A stretch of DNA of 64,000 nt. It comes from Synechococcus sp. (lineage in GTDB: Bacteria > Cyanobacteriota > Cyanobacteriia > PCC-6307 > Cyanobiaceae). The stretch covers positions 992,001 to 1,056,000 of the forward strand of contig JBJBCN010000002.1 of assembly GCA_047285805.1 (NCBI GenBank), read 5' to 3'. Under the pieces are notes generated by a model. It saw only the letters and a list, made by a program, of their open reading frames with translations, ran no database searches and was not told the DNA's origin. The position numbers and the translations under genes are program-made. This document shows positions 19,820 to 30,591 of the stretch, piece by piece. Each line of letters opens with the position of its first letter. Within the stretch, counting starts at the first letter, position 1.

Positions 19820-22800
19820 TTGCTCACGGTTTATCGCAGCAACCGCGCTGAGCTACTGGCTCGCGTCCTGGCAACGAACCTGCAATTGCATCCGCCGGGA
19901 CTGCTCGAGGAGGTCCAGGTGGTGGTGAACACATGGCCGACAAGTCGCTGGCTGGGTGAGCAACTCGCCCTTGCCAATCCGGCCGGCATCGCCGCGAACC
20001 TGCGCTTCCCCTTCCCGAGCGGCCTGCTGCGGCAACTGGTGAACAGCTGGGTCGACGAGGAGAGCACGGGTCCCGATCCCTGGCGGGCCCAAAACCTGGT
20101 TTGGCCGCTGCTGGAGCTGCTACCGGAGCTGTTGGAGAGTCCAACGGCGCAGCCCCTTCGCCAATGGCTCGCAGTTCGCTCCTCCGGCCTGGAGACCCTG
20201 GATCCAGCCCTCTGGCAACTGGCCCGAGCGATAGCCGATGCCATCGATGACTACGGTCTCTACCGGCCCGCCCTGCTGGAGGCCTGGCTCAGCGACAAGC
20301 CCCAGCCTCTGCCGGAAGGGTTGCAGTGGCAGCCCGAACTTCTGCGGCGCCTGGTGGACCGTATGGGGAGCCTGCCCTTTGGTGTGCGGACGCGGGAGCT
20401 AATCCACCGGCTCCAGGGCGGCTGGAGACCGGAGCTCTCCAGCGCACAACCGCTCCGCCTCTTTGGCCTGAGCAGCCTGGCACCGGTGCAGGTCGAACTG
20501 CTGCAGGCACTCTCGGCGGTGCGGGACGTGGAGCTCTACGTGCTGACCCCCTGCCGTGATCTCTGGCAGCGCAGCAGCCCTTTCGCCCTGAGCGATCCTC
20601 TCGCGGCGGACTGGCTGCTGAGCGTGCCTGGCCTCGAGGCCCGCTTTGGCAGGCTCGGGGCGGAATTTCAGCAGTTGCTCGAAGGCACCGGCGAGAGCCA
20701 ACTGGGCCAGTGGCAGGACGGGGATCTGTTTTTTGCCCCTGCGACGGTCGCCCGCCACGAGGGCCGGGAGCCGTCCCTGCTGGAGCAATTGCAGGAGCAA
20801 CTGGTCTCCGGCGAACCCGAGGCGAAACAGCCCCTGACGCGGGAGCCGCGGGATCGCTCCCTGGAGTTCCACGCCTGCCCGGGGCGACTGCGCCAACTGC
20901 AGGTGGTGCGTGATCAGATCCTGCAGCTGCTGGCGGCGGACACCAGCCTGGAGCCGCGGGACATCCTGGTGATGACCCCCCAGGTGGAGGCCTTCGCGCC
21001 CTTGGTGGCGGCCGTCTTCGGCGACACAGAGGCCACCGGAGTACGGCTGCCCTGGCGCCTGACGGACCGCAGCCAACAGAGCGAGGCGGGCATCGCCCAA
21101 GGCCTGTTGGCCCTGCTGCAACTCGGCGGGGAAAGGCTCACCGCGACCGCCCTAGAGGGCGTGCTGAATTGCGGCCCCCTTCTGGCGGCCCAGCAGCTCG
21201 AGGCCAGTGAGTCGGGCGAGCTCACGGCCCTCTTGCAACAGGCGGGCTTCCGCTGGGGGCTTGATGGACGCGACCGCGGCGGCAACCCCAGCCACAGTCT
21301 GCGTTGGGCAGTCGATCGCCTCGTGCTGGGGCTAGTGCTCCCCGACGTCCCGGGCCTAGCCCCAGGCGAGACCGCCCCGCTGGCCCTGGCCGGCAGCCTC
21401 GAGCAGCAGGGCCGATGGATTGCCCTGCTGCGGCAACTACTCAGCAGCTTGCAGTGGTTCGCCCAACCCCGGCGGGCCACGGAGTGGGTGCAGGGCCTGC
21501 GGGAGCAACTGCCGCTGCTCTTTGACGAGGGCGGCAGCTGGGCCTGGGAGCTGCAGACCATCCATGCCGCACTTGCGGACTGGCAGGCGGTGGCCGGCGA
21601 AAGCCCCCTCAAGCTGACGGCACCGGTGGTGGCCGATGTCTTAGCAGAGCGGCTCAGCGAGGGCAGCGGACGCTTTGGTCACCGCTCGGGAGCCCTGACC
21701 ATCAGCGCACTGGAGCCGATGCGAGCGATCCCCCACCGGGTGGTGGTGCTGATGGGACTGGACGCCGGGGCCTTCCCCCGCCAGCGCCAGCGGCCGGGCT
21801 TCCACCTGATGGAGCAGCGCCGCGAGCTGGGCGATCCCAACAGCGGCGATCAGGACCGCTACGTCCTGCTGGAGGCGCTGCTGTCGGCGCGGCAGCACCT
21901 GCTGATCAGTTGGAGCTGCCGCGATGAACGCACCGGCGAGCCCCTGGATGCCTCGACCCCGGTGCGCCAATGGATCGACCTGCTGACGCAACAACTCGGC
22001 AGCGGAGCCGTTCCCCTGCGGGAGCACGCCGCCAATGCCCTCGAGCGGAGCAGCTTCCTGGAGATGGCGCCCTGGCCCGCGGCGAGCTGCGACCAACGGC
22101 TCCTGCAGGTGCGCCAACAGCTCGAGCAAGGCGAACTGAGCAGCCAGCAGGGGCTGGCCTTCAGCGCCCCGCCGACCGCCGCTGGGACCACACCGGAAAC
22201 GAGCTGGAGAGATCTGCAGCAGTGGCTCCAGGCCCCGCAAAGGGTATGGCTGGAGCAACTGGGGCTGCGTCCCAAGGAATTCGATCAGCCCGTGCGGGAC
22301 CTCGAGGCCCTGGAGCTCGGGGAGCGAGAGCGGTCGGCCCTGCTGCGCCGCGAATGGGAAGGAGAGGACCCAGTGGCAGGCGCTCCCAACTGGCGTGAAC
22401 TCGAGCTGGGCCGGGGAGTGCTGCCCCCCTTGGCCGCGGGTGTTATGGAGGTGACGCAACTGGAACAGCGGTGGGTAAGCCTACGCGACTGCCTTGGGTT
22501 GCTGGGGGAGCAGGAACAACACGCGCTGCAGTGGCAGCAGTACGAGGCCAAGCTCAGCAGCCGCGGTGGTCAACTGGTGCTGATCCACACCGCGAAACCG
22601 CGCACGCCCCAACGGCTGCAGCTCTGGTTGGAGTGCCTGCTCGCCGCGGCCGCGGGCCTGAACCTGCGGGGGGCGGCTCTGGTGGGCCGCGATCGCCACA
22701 GCTTCCGGGTGTTGGAGCGCTACGAGCTCCCCACACCCGCGCTGGCCAGAGAGCTGCTGGAGCAACTGCAGGGCTGGCGGGACGCCCACCGCATGGACTG

Positions 22801-23059
22801 CTGGGCCCTGCCACCGGAAACCGGATGGGCCTTCGCGAGCGCCGAGAGCCGCAAACCGGGGATGGGGCGCGGCTGGGCCAAGGCCAAGGACGCCTGGGAG
22901 GGGGGCTATCAACAGCGGGCCGAGCGAGAAGACCCCGTCCAACGGGTCTGCTTCGGTTCGGACCTCCCCCTGGGGGACCTGCTCACCACAGAGCTCCAGA
23001 GCCTGGCGTTGAGCCTGCACGGGCCGTTTTTGGAGCGCCGCAAGGAGATCAAGGCATGA
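19820..23059 (+). CDS. recC: Exodeoxyribonuclease V gamma subunit
   Basis: VYRSNRAELL, LEPRDILVMTP, LEPMRAIPHRVV, DRYVLLEALLSAR. Confidence 0.93.
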   Translation: MLTVYRSNRAELLARVLATNLQLHPPGLLEEVQVVVNTWPTSRWLGEQLALANPAGIAANLRFPFPSGLLRQLVNSWVDEESTGPDPWRAQNLVWPLLELLPELLESPTAQPLRQWLAVRSSGLETLDPALWQLARAIADAIDDYGLYRPALLEAWLSDKPQPLPEGLQWQPELLRRLVDRMGSLPFGVRTRELIHRLQGGWRPELSSAQPLRLFGLSSLAPVQVELLQALSAVRDVELYVLTPCRDLWQRSSPFALSDPLAADWLLSVPGLEARFGRLGAEFQQLLEGTGESQLGQWQDGDLFFAPATVARHEGREPSLLEQLQEQLVSGEPEAKQPLTREPRDRSLEFHACPGRLRQLQVVRDQILQLLAADTSLEPRDILVMTPQVEAFAPLVAAVFGDTEATGVRLPWRLTDRSQQSEAGIAQGLLALLQLGGERLTATALEGVLNCGPLLAAQQLEASESGELTALLQQAGFRWGLDGRDRGGNPSHSLRWAVDRLVLGLVLPDVPGLAPGETAPLALAGSLEQQGRWIALLRQLLSSLQWFAQPRRATEWVQGLREQLPLLFDEGGSWAWELQTIHAALADWQAVAGESPLKLTAPVVADVLAERLSEGSGRFGHRSGALTISALEPMRAIPHRVVVLMGLDAGAFPRQRQRPGFHLMEQRRELGDPNSGDQDRYVLLEALLSARQHLLISWSCRDERTGEPLDASTPVRQWIDLLTQQLGSGAVPLREHAANALERSSFLEMAPWPAASCDQRLLQVRQQLEQGELSSQQGLAFSAPPTAAGTTPETSWRDLQQWLQAPQRVWLEQLGLRPKEFDQPVRDLEALELGERERSALLRREWEGEDPVAGAPNWRELELGRGVLPPLAAGVMEVTQLEQRWVSLRDCLGLLGEQEQHALQWQQYEAKLSSRGGQLVLIHTAKPRTPQRLQLWLECLLAAAAGLNLRGAALVGRDRHSFRVLERYELPTPALARELLEQLQGWRDAHRMDCWALPPETGWAFASAESRKPGMGRGWAKAKDAWEGGYQQRAEREDPVQRVCFGSDLPLGDLLTTELQSLALSLHGPFLERRKEIKA

Positions 23060-26000
23060 GCCTGACCACCTTTGATCCGAACGCCTTCAGCCTCGCGCCG
23101 GGGATTCGTCTGCTGGAGGCGAGCGCCGGCACCGGCAAGACCTTCGCCCTGGCCCATCTGGTGCTGCGGCTTCTGAGCGAGGGGCCACGGCCCCTGGATG
23201 TCGAGGAGCTGCTGGTGGTCACCTTCACGGATGCCGCCGCCGCGGAATTGCGGGGCCGCATCGCCCGCCGCCTGCAAGACGCCCTGGTCCTGCTCGATGA
23301 GGAACACGCCGAGGCCGATGAACCGCTGCAGCAGTGGCGCTTGGCCATAGAAACCGAGCAGGTTCAGCGCATCAAGGGAGGGCTCCTGCTGGCCCTAGAG
23401 CGGCTGGATCGCGCCGACATCACGACCATCCACGGCTTCTGCCGCCGGACCCTGCAGCGCCATGCCCTCGAAGCCGGTCTCGGCCCCGACGTGGCCTTAG
23501 AGAGCAAAGGACGCGAGCGGAGACAACAGCTCGTCCACGACTACTGGCAGCAGCAGGTCCTGGCCCTGCCGCCCCATCTGGTGGCGGGACTGCAAAGCCT
23601 TCAGGTCAACCCCGAGCAGCTAGTGAACCTGCTGGGCAGCCTCGATGGCGACCCGGCCCTGCAGCTCGCCCCCCTTCCGGAGGGATGGAGCAGCAGCTTG
23701 GGCTTGGCGGAGCAACTGCCGGCTTTCTGGAGCTCGAGTTGGGCGGCGTTCAGCTCCGAATGGCCAAGCCGCTGCGAAGCGCTGGAGGAGGAGTTCGCGG
23801 CGGCCGCTGTGGAACTCAAGAGCTTGGGGGTCGACTACAAGCCCTATCGCCTCAAGGCCAAGCCGGATCGCTTGAACCGCGTTCAGAACTGGTTCGACCA
23901 ACTGGAGGAGCCGGCCGGCTACGACACACTCCTGCAGCAGGATGACCTCAAGAAATACTTTCACCCCGGCCCCTTCACGAAGGCCGCCGCCCCCGCCCAT
24001 GGCGACCAGGTGTCCCTGCCCCAGGCCCCCCTGCTAGAGGCCATCGCCGACGTGGTGGAGGGGCCCGCGGAACTCACGCTGCTGCATTTCTGCCATTGGG
24101 GCCGAGCGGAGCTGCAACGCCGGCGCGAGCGCAGCGGTGAGATCAGCTTTGGCAATCTGCTCGAGCAACTCGACCCGGGTCCTGACGCGACTGCGGCATC
24201 AGCCCTGCTGCGGGCGGTCGCGAACCGCTACCGGGCGGCGCTGATCGACGAGTTCCAGGACACCGATCCGATCCAGTGGCGCATCCTGAAGCGGTCCTTT
24301 GCCGCGGAACCCGGCCGCCATCTGCTCGTGATGGTGGGCGATCCCAAGCAGGCGATCTACCGCTTCCGCGGCGGGGAGCTGCAGACCTACCGCCAGGCGG
24401 CCGAAGAAGCCGATGGCCGCTTTGGCCTCTTTGAGAACCGCCGCTCCAGCAGCGACCTGGTGGCGGGCCTGAATGCCTTGATGCGGCCCGGGCTGATCCA
24501 GAGCGGACTCGAGGTACCCGAGGTGCTGGCAAAGGCCAACAAGGGACACCTGCACGTCCCCGGCGACCCGGCGCCGCTGCAGCTGCTGGAGCTTGATCCA
24601 AGTGAAAGCCTCGAGGCCCAGGTTGCAGGCCTCTGCCAGGAGCTCTTGAGCCAGGGGCTGGAGCTGGACGGCCGGCCGATCGACCCGGGCGACATCTGCC
24701 TGCTGGTCAGCCGCCACGACCAGGCCGAAGCCCTGCGGGCCGCTCTGGAACGCCGGCAGATCCCCAGCCGCCTGGTGAGCCGCGGCGATGTCTTTGAAAG
24801 CCTTGGGGCAAGCGCCCTGCAGCGCTTCCTTGATGCCCTCGCCCAACCCGGTCAGCTGGGACGTCTGAAGTTGCTGGCGGCTTCGGCCCTGCTGGGCTGG
24901 TCCGCTGCCGAAATCGAGGCCAGCACCTCGAGTCAGTGGGACCAGTTGGCCGCGGAGTTGAGTTCCCTGGCGGAACAGCTCCCCAAACTCGGCTTGACGG
25001 CGGCCTTAGCGCATCTGCAGGGGACGACGGGCCTGGCGCGGCTCTCTCTGCGGGGCCGGGCCCTGGCCGATTTGCAGCAGGCCGCGGAGCTGGTGCAGGA
25101 GCAGATGCACCGCCAAGGCCTCGGGGCCCAGGCGGCCGCGGACTGGCTCAGGCGCCTGCGCCTGGAGGAGAACCGCGACAGCCCTGAGGCCCATCTCTGC
25201 AGGAGCGATGCCGCCGAAGCCGCCATCGCCGTCGTGACGGTCCACCGCAGCAAAGGGCTCGAGTACCCAATGGTGATCTGCCCTTACCTCTGGAAGGCCC
25301 CCAAAGCGGCGAAGCGCCTCGGCCGCCGCTGGACCACGGGCGGTCAACCCCAACTGGACCTGCACCTGCAGACCCACTGCGGCGTGGGCCGACTCGCGGC
25401 CCAACAGGACCAGCAAGCCCAGGTCGCCGAGGCGGAGCGCCTGGCCTACGTGGCCTGCACCCGTGCCCAACACCTGCTGGTGCTCGGCTGGCCTGGAGCG
25501 GACCTAGCCGACGCAGGGAACCCCCTGAGCAGTTGGTTGCAGGAGCGGGAGGAGGAGTTGCCGTTCGCGCGGATCCAGGCCACAGGCGAGATCCGCCAGC
25601 CCTGGCGCCCCGCTCCCGCCGCGGGGGAGCTGAGCCTAGGGCCCCTTCCGAAGCGCTCCCTCGACAGCAGTTGGGGTCGGGCCAGCTACTCCGGTTGGGC
25701 CCACTCCCAAGCGAGCCTGCCGCCGGAGCTGCAGGAGGAGGGCCGCGACACCGACGTCTTGAGCGATGGATTCGACGAAGCCCTGCAGAAGGACAGCGGC
25801 GACACCAATGGAGCAGCGATGACCTGGCCGGACTTGGGGCCGATGGCCCATTTCCCCCGGGGGGCCGGTCCTGGCGATGCCCTGCACCGGATCCTCGAGC
25901 GCCTGGACTACGGCGCGGTGGCCCGCGGGAAACGGGAGGAGGCCGACGCGGTGATCGCCCAGGAGCTGGAGCGCGCGGGTCTGGAGGGGGAGGCCTGCGC

Positions 26001-26655
26001 GGGAATCTTCGAGGCCCTGCAGCAATTGATGTGCACGCCCTTGGGCGGCGTTCTCGGCGGCTGCCGGTTGGGGGACCTCGAGCCCGGCTCCTGGCTGAAC
26101 GAGATGAACTTCGATCTGCCCCTGGCGACCGAGGGGGAGGAGCTGCGACTTGTGCGCAGCAGCGGACTGGCCCAGGCCTTCGCCGCACACCCGGGCGGAC
26201 GCTTTGGCAGGTCCTATGCCCGGACTTTGCAGGGGCTGGAGGTAGCCAGCCGCGGCTTTCTGACGGGATCAATTGACCTGCTCTTCTGCTGGCAGGGGCG
26301 CTGGTGGGTGGCGGACTGGAAGAGCAACTGGCTCGGCCAGCGGGATCGTCTAGGCAAGGTGAACCGTTGCGGCCCCAACGACTACTCGGCAGCGGCGATG
26401 GAGACCCTGATGGCGAGCAGCCATTACCCCCTGCAGGCCCACCTCTACCTGGTGGCCCTGCATCGCTATCTGCTCTGGCGACTGCCCGACTACGACCCCA
26501 CTGCGCACCTGGGCGGCTACGCCTACGTCTTTCTGCGGGGCGTGCCTGGACCGACCCCAGATCCCACGGTGCCGACCCCAGGGGTGCTGGTGGATCAACC
26601 CAGCCTGGAGCGTGTGCTGGCCCTCGATGCCCTGCTGCGGGAGGGACAACCATGA
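23056..26655 (+). CDS. recB: Exodeoxyribonuclease V beta subunit
   Basis: EASAGTGKT, LIDEFQDTD, VGDPKQAIYRFRG, TVHRSKGLEY, nuclease GSIDL..VADWKS; ATGA overlap with recC. Confidence 0.95.
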   Translation: MSLTTFDPNAFSLAPGIRLLEASAGTGKTFALAHLVLRLLSEGPRPLDVEELLVVTFTDAAAAELRGRIARRLQDALVLLDEEHAEADEPLQQWRLAIETEQVQRIKGGLLLALERLDRADITTIHGFCRRTLQRHALEAGLGPDVALESKGRERRQQLVHDYWQQQVLALPPHLVAGLQSLQVNPEQLVNLLGSLDGDPALQLAPLPEGWSSSLGLAEQLPAFWSSSWAAFSSEWPSRCEALEEEFAAAAVELKSLGVDYKPYRLKAKPDRLNRVQNWFDQLEEPAGYDTLLQQDDLKKYFHPGPFTKAAAPAHGDQVSLPQAPLLEAIADVVEGPAELTLLHFCHWGRAELQRRRERSGEISFGNLLEQLDPGPDATAASALLRAVANRYRAALIDEFQDTDPIQWRILKRSFAAEPGRHLLVMVGDPKQAIYRFRGGELQTYRQAAEEADGRFGLFENRRSSSDLVAGLNALMRPGLIQSGLEVPEVLAKANKGHLHVPGDPAPLQLLELDPSESLEAQVAGLCQELLSQGLELDGRPIDPGDICLLVSRHDQAEALRAALERRQIPSRLVSRGDVFESLGASALQRFLDALAQPGQLGRLKLLAASALLGWSAAEIEASTSSQWDQLAAELSSLAEQLPKLGLTAALAHLQGTTGLARLSLRGRALADLQQAAELVQEQMHRQGLGAQAAADWLRRLRLEENRDSPEAHLCRSDAAEAAIAVVTVHRSKGLEYPMVICPYLWKAPKAAKRLGRRWTTGGQPQLDLHLQTHCGVGRLAAQQDQQAQVAEAERLAYVACTRAQHLLVLGWPGADLADAGNPLSSWLQEREEELPFARIQATGEIRQPWRPAPAAGELSLGPLPKRSLDSSWGRASYSGWAHSQASLPPELQEEGRDTDVLSDGFDEALQKDSGDTNGAAMTWPDLGPMAHFPRGAGPGDALHRILERLDYGAVARGKREEADAVIAQELERAGLEGEACAGIFEALQQLMCTPLGGVLGGCRLGDLEPGSWLNEMNFDLPLATEGEELRLVRSSGLAQAFAAHPGGRFGRSYARTLQGLEVASRGFLTGSIDLLFCWQGRWWVADWKSNWLGQRDRLGKVNRCGPNDYSAAAMETLMASSHYPLQAHLYLVALHRYLLWRLPDYDPTAHLGGYAYVFLRGVPGPTPDPTVPTPGVLVDQPSLERVLALDALLREGQP

Positions 26656-28283
26656 GCGCTCTGGCTTCCGCGGTCCTCGACAGCCTGCAGCGGCTGCTGC
26701 CCCCCAGACAGAGCAGCGCCCTGTTGCCGGCCGTGGTGCAGGCCCTCATCCACGCCTTGGAGGAGGGCGACTTGGGTCTGGATTGCAGGGGCCCTGCCCC
26801 CGACGGGATTAGCCCCGAGGACTGGCCCGCCGCCGCCATCTCCGCCCTCGATGGGGCGGGCTGGCTGGTGGACGCCACGGAAGCCGCGACGGCCCCAGAG
26901 GCACCAATCGTTCAGGACGGTCTTGTGCTGCGCTGGCGGCGCTGGCAGACCCAACTGCAGCAGTGCCTGACAACTATCGAGGAGCGGGCCCAACGCGAAC
27001 GGGGCTGCAGCGAGGCGGAACACCAAGCGGCGATGTCCGCCGCCGCCGAAGCGGGCCTAGACACCCAGCAGTGCCAGGCCGTCTCCGTCGCCCTGCGTCA
27101 CGGCCTGGTGCTGCTCTCCGGCGGCCCGGGAACCGGCAAGACATCGACGGTGGTGCAGATGTTGGCGGCTTGCCTGCGCCAGAGGCCGGGGCTGCGAATC
27201 CATCTGGCCGCCCCCACCGGCAAGGCCGCAGCCCGCCTGGCGAGCTCGGTCAACCGTGGCAACACCCAGCTCCCCAGCAGCACCCTGCACCGACTGCTGG
27301 AGGCCCAGGGAGAACTGCGCTTTGGCCGCAACGGCCGCCATCCGCTCGAACTGGATCTGCTGGTGGTCGATGAGCTCTCGATGGTTGATCTACCGCTGAT
27401 GGCAGCCCTGCTGGAGGCGCTGCCGGCGGACGCGCAACTGCTGCTGATCGGGGACGCCAACCAATTGCCTCCAGTGGGCACCGGAGCCGTCCTCGAGGAG
27501 CTCTGCCGGCCGGAACGCCGACCCCTCTTGGGGGAAGCCGCTGTGGAACTGCGCACCACGTATCGCAATGACGGAGCGATCGCCGCCCTGGCCGAAGCTC
27601 TGCGGCAACGCCCGAGCGCCCCCCAAGGAGAACTGCTTCAGGAGCTGAAACCGACCCTCCAGGCCCTGACGCCCAAGGACAATGTCGCCTGGATCGAAGC
27701 CCCCAGCCGCAGCCTTCCGCCGGCCTTGCTGGAGACGGTACGAGGGCAAGCCGCGGCCCTACGCGCGAGCTGCCAAACACTGGTGTGGCGGGAGGGACGC
27801 CCAGACCCCGAGCACAGCGCAGCCCTCCTGGCACAACTGGAAGAGCTAGTGGTACTCAGCCCGATCCGTCAGGGGCCCTGGGGGGTGGAGGCGGTGCATC
27901 GAGAGCTCCTCGGTGATCTCGCCAAGAGCTCCCCGCTGCACTGGCCGCCAGGGACCCCGGTGCTCAATCGCCTCAACCGCCCCGACCAGGGCCTGGCGAA
28001 TGGCGACATCGGTGTTGTGTTGCAACAGGGCTCGGAACGCCGCGTCCTGATGCCCGGCCAACGACTCCTGCACCCCGCCCAACTCAATGGCGCCGAGCCG
28101 GCCTTCGCCTTGACGGTGCACAAGTCCCAGGGGAGCCAATACAAAACCGTGCAGTTCCTCCTGCCGGCGAATCGGCCTCTGGATCCCCGCTTGATCTACA
28201 CGGGCCTCACGCGGGCCCAACGTCAGGCCTACCTATTCACACCGGCGGGGATCAGCAGCAGACAAAGCCAGAACACTCCCTAG
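26652..28283 (+). CDS. recD: Exodeoxyribonuclease V alpha subunit
   Basis: GGPGTGKT, APTGKAAARL, VVDELSMVD, GDANQLPPV, TVHKSQGS, YTGLTRA. Confidence 0.93.
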   Translation: MSALASAVLDSLQRLLPPRQSSALLPAVVQALIHALEEGDLGLDCRGPAPDGISPEDWPAAAISALDGAGWLVDATEAATAPEAPIVQDGLVLRWRRWQTQLQQCLTTIEERAQRERGCSEAEHQAAMSAAAEAGLDTQQCQAVSVALRHGLVLLSGGPGTGKTSTVVQMLAACLRQRPGLRIHLAAPTGKAAARLASSVNRGNTQLPSSTLHRLLEAQGELRFGRNGRHPLELDLLVVDELSMVDLPLMAALLEALPADAQLLLIGDANQLPPVGTGAVLEELCRPERRPLLGEAAVELRTTYRNDGAIAALAEALRQRPSAPQGELLQELKPTLQALTPKDNVAWIEAPSRSLPPALLETVRGQAAALRASCQTLVWREGRPDPEHSAALLAQLEELVVLSPIRQGPWGVEAVHRELLGDLAKSSPLHWPPGTPVLNRLNRPDQGLANGDIGVVLQQGSERRVLMPGQRLLHPAQLNGAEPAFALTVHKSQGSQYKTVQFLLPANRPLDPRLIYTGLTRAQRQAYLFTPAGISSRQSQNTP

Positions 28284-28292
28284 CCTGAGCAC

Positions 28293-28646
28293 ATGACCGA
28301 GATCGGCATCGTTCAGCGGCCCTGGGGTTGGTTTGAAACCATCGGTGCCGGCGATGGGTACCTGGTCAAACGGCTCTGCATCGAAGCCGGTCACCGGCTC
28401 AGCCTGCAACGCCATCGCCATCGCCTGGAGCACTGGGTGGTTGTCAGTGGCTCCGGGCAACTCGAATGCGACGGATCGACGATTCAGGCGGCGGCCGGGA
28501 CCACTCTGCTGGTGCCCTGCGGCGCCGTACACCGAGCTGCCGCAACGACCGAGAACCTGCTCATCGTTGAAGTGCAGCGCGGCGATCACCTCAGCGAGGA
28601 CGACATCGAGCGCATGGCGGACGACTACGAAAGGGTTAAGTGTTAA
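28293..28646 (+). CDS. Cupin, type II phosphomannose isomerase C-terminal domain
   Basis: RPWG, RLSLQRHRHRLEHWVVV, EVQRG..LSEDDIER..DDY. Confidence 0.9.
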   Translation: MTEIGIVQRPWGWFETIGAGDGYLVKRLCIEAGHRLSLQRHRHRLEHWVVVSGSGQLECDGSTIQAAAGTTLLVPCGAVHRAAATTENLLIVEVQRGDHLSEDDIERMADDYERVKC

Positions 28647-28738
28647 GTTGATCTCCCACCCTTTGTGAAGGGCAAGGCAGTTTCTTAAACGGGTGTCTGC
28701 CGGCCTGTCGACGAAGGATTCAGGCCCAGACCAACCAC

Positions 28739-30565
28739 GTGACCAATACCCCCTGCGAGAGCGCAACCAGCTCTGTGGATCTCAGCGCGCTCGATTTGGC
28801 CAGCAGCCAGGACAGCGCACCGAGCGAAAGCATAGAAATCGCCACGGCAGAACCCAGTCAGAAGAACGGTTTTGACGCCTTTGGCTTCTCCGAGGAAATC
28901 CTCGAAGCCCTTGCGGAGGTCGGCTACAGCGAGCCCTCTCCGATCCAAGCGGCCGCCATTCCTGAGCTGATGCTCGGTCGCGACCTGGTAGGTCAAGCCC
29001 AGACCGGTACCGGCAAAACGGCGGCCTTCGCCCTGCCGATGCTGGCGGCCCTCGATGAGACCCAACGCACCCCCCAGGTGCTGGTGCTCACCCCCACCCG
29101 TGAGCTGGCCATCCAGGTGGCCGACTCCTTTAAGAGCTACGCCACCAAACTTCCCCACCTGCGGGTCCTGGCCCTCTACGGGGGCTCGGACTTCCGCGAT
29201 CAGATCCACAAGCTCAAGCGCGGGGTTCAGATCGTGGTCGGCACCCCCGGCCGGGTGATGGACCACATGCGTCAGGGCACACTCGATGTCTCCGGGCTGC
29301 GCAGCCTGGTGCTCGACGAAGCCGACGAGATGCTGCGCATGGGCTTCATCGACGACGTCGAGTGGGTCCTGAGCCAACTGCCTGAGAAGCGTCAGGTGGT
29401 GCTCTTCTCGGCAACGATGCCCAGCGAGATCCGCCGAATCTCCCACCAGTACCTGAACAGCCCCGCTGAGATCACGATCAAAACCAAGGGGTCTGATTCC
29501 AGCCGGATCCAGCAGCGCTTCATCACGGTCAACGGTCCAATGAAGCTCGAGGCCCTGAGCCGCGTGCTCGAGGCCGAGACCAAAGAAGGGGTGATCATCT
29601 TTGCCCGCACCAAGGCGATCACGGTGACCGTGGCCGAAGCCCTGGAAGCCAAGGGCTACGGAGTCGCGGTCCTGAACGGTGACGTGGCTCAGAACCAGCG
29701 GGAACGCACGATTGAGCGCCTCAAGAACGGCACCGTGGACGTGCTGGTGGCCACCGATGTCGCCGCCCGCGGCCTGGATGTGGACCGGATCAGCCTGGTC
29801 ATCAACTACGACATCCCCTTCGATTCCGAGGCATACGTCCACCGCATTGGCCGCACCGGCCGTGCTGGCCGCACCGGCAACGCGATCCTGTTCGTGACGC
29901 CGCGCGAGCGACGCTTCATCGCTGGTCTGGAGCGTGCCGTTGGTCGCTCCATCGATCCGATGGAGATCCCCACCAACGCGAGCATCAATCAAAGCCGCCT
30001 GGATCGTCTGCGCGAGCGCCTGAGCCAAACCGTGAACGGGCTCAATACGGAGGAGAACAGCAACCTCAGCGAACAGCAGGCGCTGCTTTCAGAAATCATC
30101 AAGCGCGTTGGCCAGGAAAGCGATGTCAGCCCTGAGCAGCTTGCCCTGGCCGCCCTGCAGATGGCCGTCGGCGCCCAGCCCCTACTGGTCCATGACGATG
30201 AGAACTGGATCCGCCAACAACCCCAGTCCCGCGATGGCCGCCGCAACGGTCGCTTTGGCGACCGCGATCGCGGTCCCCGCAATGCCCCCGGCAGTCGCCG
30301 CGGCCCCCGCGAGCAAGCCGGTCCTCCGGAAGATCACATGGATCGCTTTCGCATCGAGGTGGGCTGGCGCGACCGGATCAAACCCGGAAACATCGTTGGC
30401 GCGATTGCCAATGAGTCCGGTCTGAACGGCCGCAGCATCGGTCGAATTCAAATCTTCGACAGCCACAGCCTCGTGGACCTGCCCAAGGGCATGCCTGACG
30501 ACGTCTTCCAAAATCTGAAGCGTCTAAAAGTGTTGAATCGCGAACTTCAGATCTCTCGCATCTAA
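28739..30565 (+). CDS. deaD: DEAD-box RNA helicase DeaD/CsdA type
   Basis: AQTGTGKT, PTRELA, DEADE, SAT, HRIGRTGRAG, C-terminal DbpA domain (IKPGNIVGAIANE). Confidence 0.93.
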   Translation: MTNTPCESATSSVDLSALDLASSQDSAPSESIEIATAEPSQKNGFDAFGFSEEILEALAEVGYSEPSPIQAAAIPELMLGRDLVGQAQTGTGKTAAFALPMLAALDETQRTPQVLVLTPTRELAIQVADSFKSYATKLPHLRVLALYGGSDFRDQIHKLKRGVQIVVGTPGRVMDHMRQGTLDVSGLRSLVLDEADEMLRMGFIDDVEWVLSQLPEKRQVVLFSATMPSEIRRISHQYLNSPAEITIKTKGSDSSRIQQRFITVNGPMKLEALSRVLEAETKEGVIIFARTKAITVTVAEALEAKGYGVAVLNGDVAQNQRERTIERLKNGTVDVLVATDVAARGLDVDRISLVINYDIPFDSEAYVHRIGRTGRAGRTGNAILFVTPRERRFIAGLERAVGRSIDPMEIPTNASINQSRLDRLRERLSQTVNGLNTEENSNLSEQQALLSEIIKRVGQESDVSPEQLALAALQMAVGAQPLLVHDDENWIRQQPQSRDGRRNGRFGDRDRGPRNAPGSRRGPREQAGPPEDHMDRFRIEVGWRDRIKPGNIVGAIANESGLNGRSIGRIQIFDSHSLVDLPKGMPDDVFQNLKRLKVLNRELQISRI

Positions 30566-30591
30566 GGCTGGCTTGAACCAGCCGACGGGCC

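Noticed and set aside
22689..22696. HIP1 octamer GCGATCGC occurrences
   Set aside because: Only scattered copies seen; no evident enrichment for this GC content without counting
22471..23055. Apparent N-terminal extension of RecB (and of RecD at 26304..26651)
   Set aside because: Out-of-frame overlap with the upstream gene; ATGA-coupled starts at 23056 and 26652 fit better
25148..26878. 576-aa antisense ORF, and similar long shadow ORFs such as 28685..30028 and 10528..11802
   Set aside because: Shadows of high-GC coding genes with no recognisable motifs
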